From: Octopus sinensis
Lineage: Eukaryota
Reading direction: 5' to 3'
Assembly: GCF_006345805.1 (NCBI RefSeq)
Contig: NC_042998.1
Location: 198,152,001 to 198,216,000, forward strand
Length of the DNA stretch: 64,000 nt
Shown: one piece after another, positions 63,181 to 64,000 of the stretch
How positions within the stretch are numbered: position 1 is the stretch's first letter
Layout: the number at the start of each line of letters is the position of its first letter
The notes under the pieces: generated by a model
Told to the model about the DNA's origin: nothing
Databases searched by the model: none
What the model saw: the letters and a program-made list of their open reading frames with translations, nothing else
Translations under genes and position numbers: made by a program

Positions 63181-63604
63181 TTGACTGGTGGGTACTAGGG
63201 ATTCTGGGTATTGTGATAAGGCTGTGTAATGACAACAGGACAATAAATAAGAGATAAACTAGAAGCGTGAACATTTTAAAATTAAACAGATAATCCAGGA
63301 AGTTTCAGCAATATCATGCATGCCACCAGAATTAACAAATTACATTAGACTGTCCTAAATCGAATGATGTATTATGTCAGGTAACCAGGTCAGGGTTGGC
63401 CAATGACTAAATAACATAAAACAGTTACAGTCATAAATACTAACAACTATGTAAATTACATTGTCCTGTTTACACTATGTTGCAATAAAAGATAGTCTGG
63501 TCATAGCTGAGACATCTCTGACCAGGATCATGCAGGATCAGAAAGATTACCTGGGATTAAACAAAAACAAGTTTGAGAAGATAAAAAAAAATATATATAT
63601 ACAT

Positions 63605-64000
63605 AGGCGCAGGAGTGGCTGTGTGGTAAGTAGCTTGTTTACCAACCACATGGTTCCGGGTTCAGTCCCACTGCGTGGCACCTTGGGCAAGTGTCTTCTA
63701 TTATAGCCTTGAGCCAACCAAAGCCTTGTGAGTGGATTTGGTGGACGGAAACTGAAAGAAGCCCATCGTATATATGTATATATATATATGTATGTATGTG
63801 TGTGTATATGTTTGTGTATCTGCGTTTGTTCCCCCAACATTGCTTGACAATCAATGCTGGTGTGTTTACGTCCTCGTAACTTAGCGGTTCGGCAAAAGAG
63901 ACTGATAGAATAAGTACTGGGCTTACAAAGAATAAGTCCTGGAGTCGATTTGCTCGACTAAAGGCGGTGCTCCAGCTTGGCCGGAGTCACATGACTGTAA
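63605..64000 (+). mobile_element. SINE-A running off the window end
   Basis: Matches the A copies. Confidence 0.9.

Overview
AT-rich, repeat-saturated eukaryotic DNA, intergenic or deep-intronic. The repeat families resemble those I recall from octopus (coleoid cephalopod) genomes; this is an unverified inference. I cannot support any host protein-coding gene: almost all ORFs in the supplied track are microsatellite or SINE translations. The window contains: (1) many tRNA-headed SINEs, labelled locally A, B, D and F; (2) about 16 5'-truncated copies of an RTE-type LINE 3' end with a modular 3' UTR (label C); (3) CR1/L2-type, RTE and R4/Dong-type LINE fragments; (4) a mariner transposase relic, several foldback MITEs and non-autonomous Helitrons; (5) Penelope-like fragments with hammerhead-ribozyme-like motifs; (6) very long microsatellites. 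The most unusual structures are tandem SINE-B multimers with one fixed junction, two of them bounded by a single target-site duplication (TSD); a 7-unit piggyBac-type MITE array inside a SINE head with TTAA/TTAG ends; a 90-bp duplication flanking a SINE; three different R4/Dong-type 3' ends stacked head to tail, two of them joined at (TAA)n tails; and a perfect 69-bp-arm hairpin. Repeat boundaries were read by eye and may be off by a few bases.
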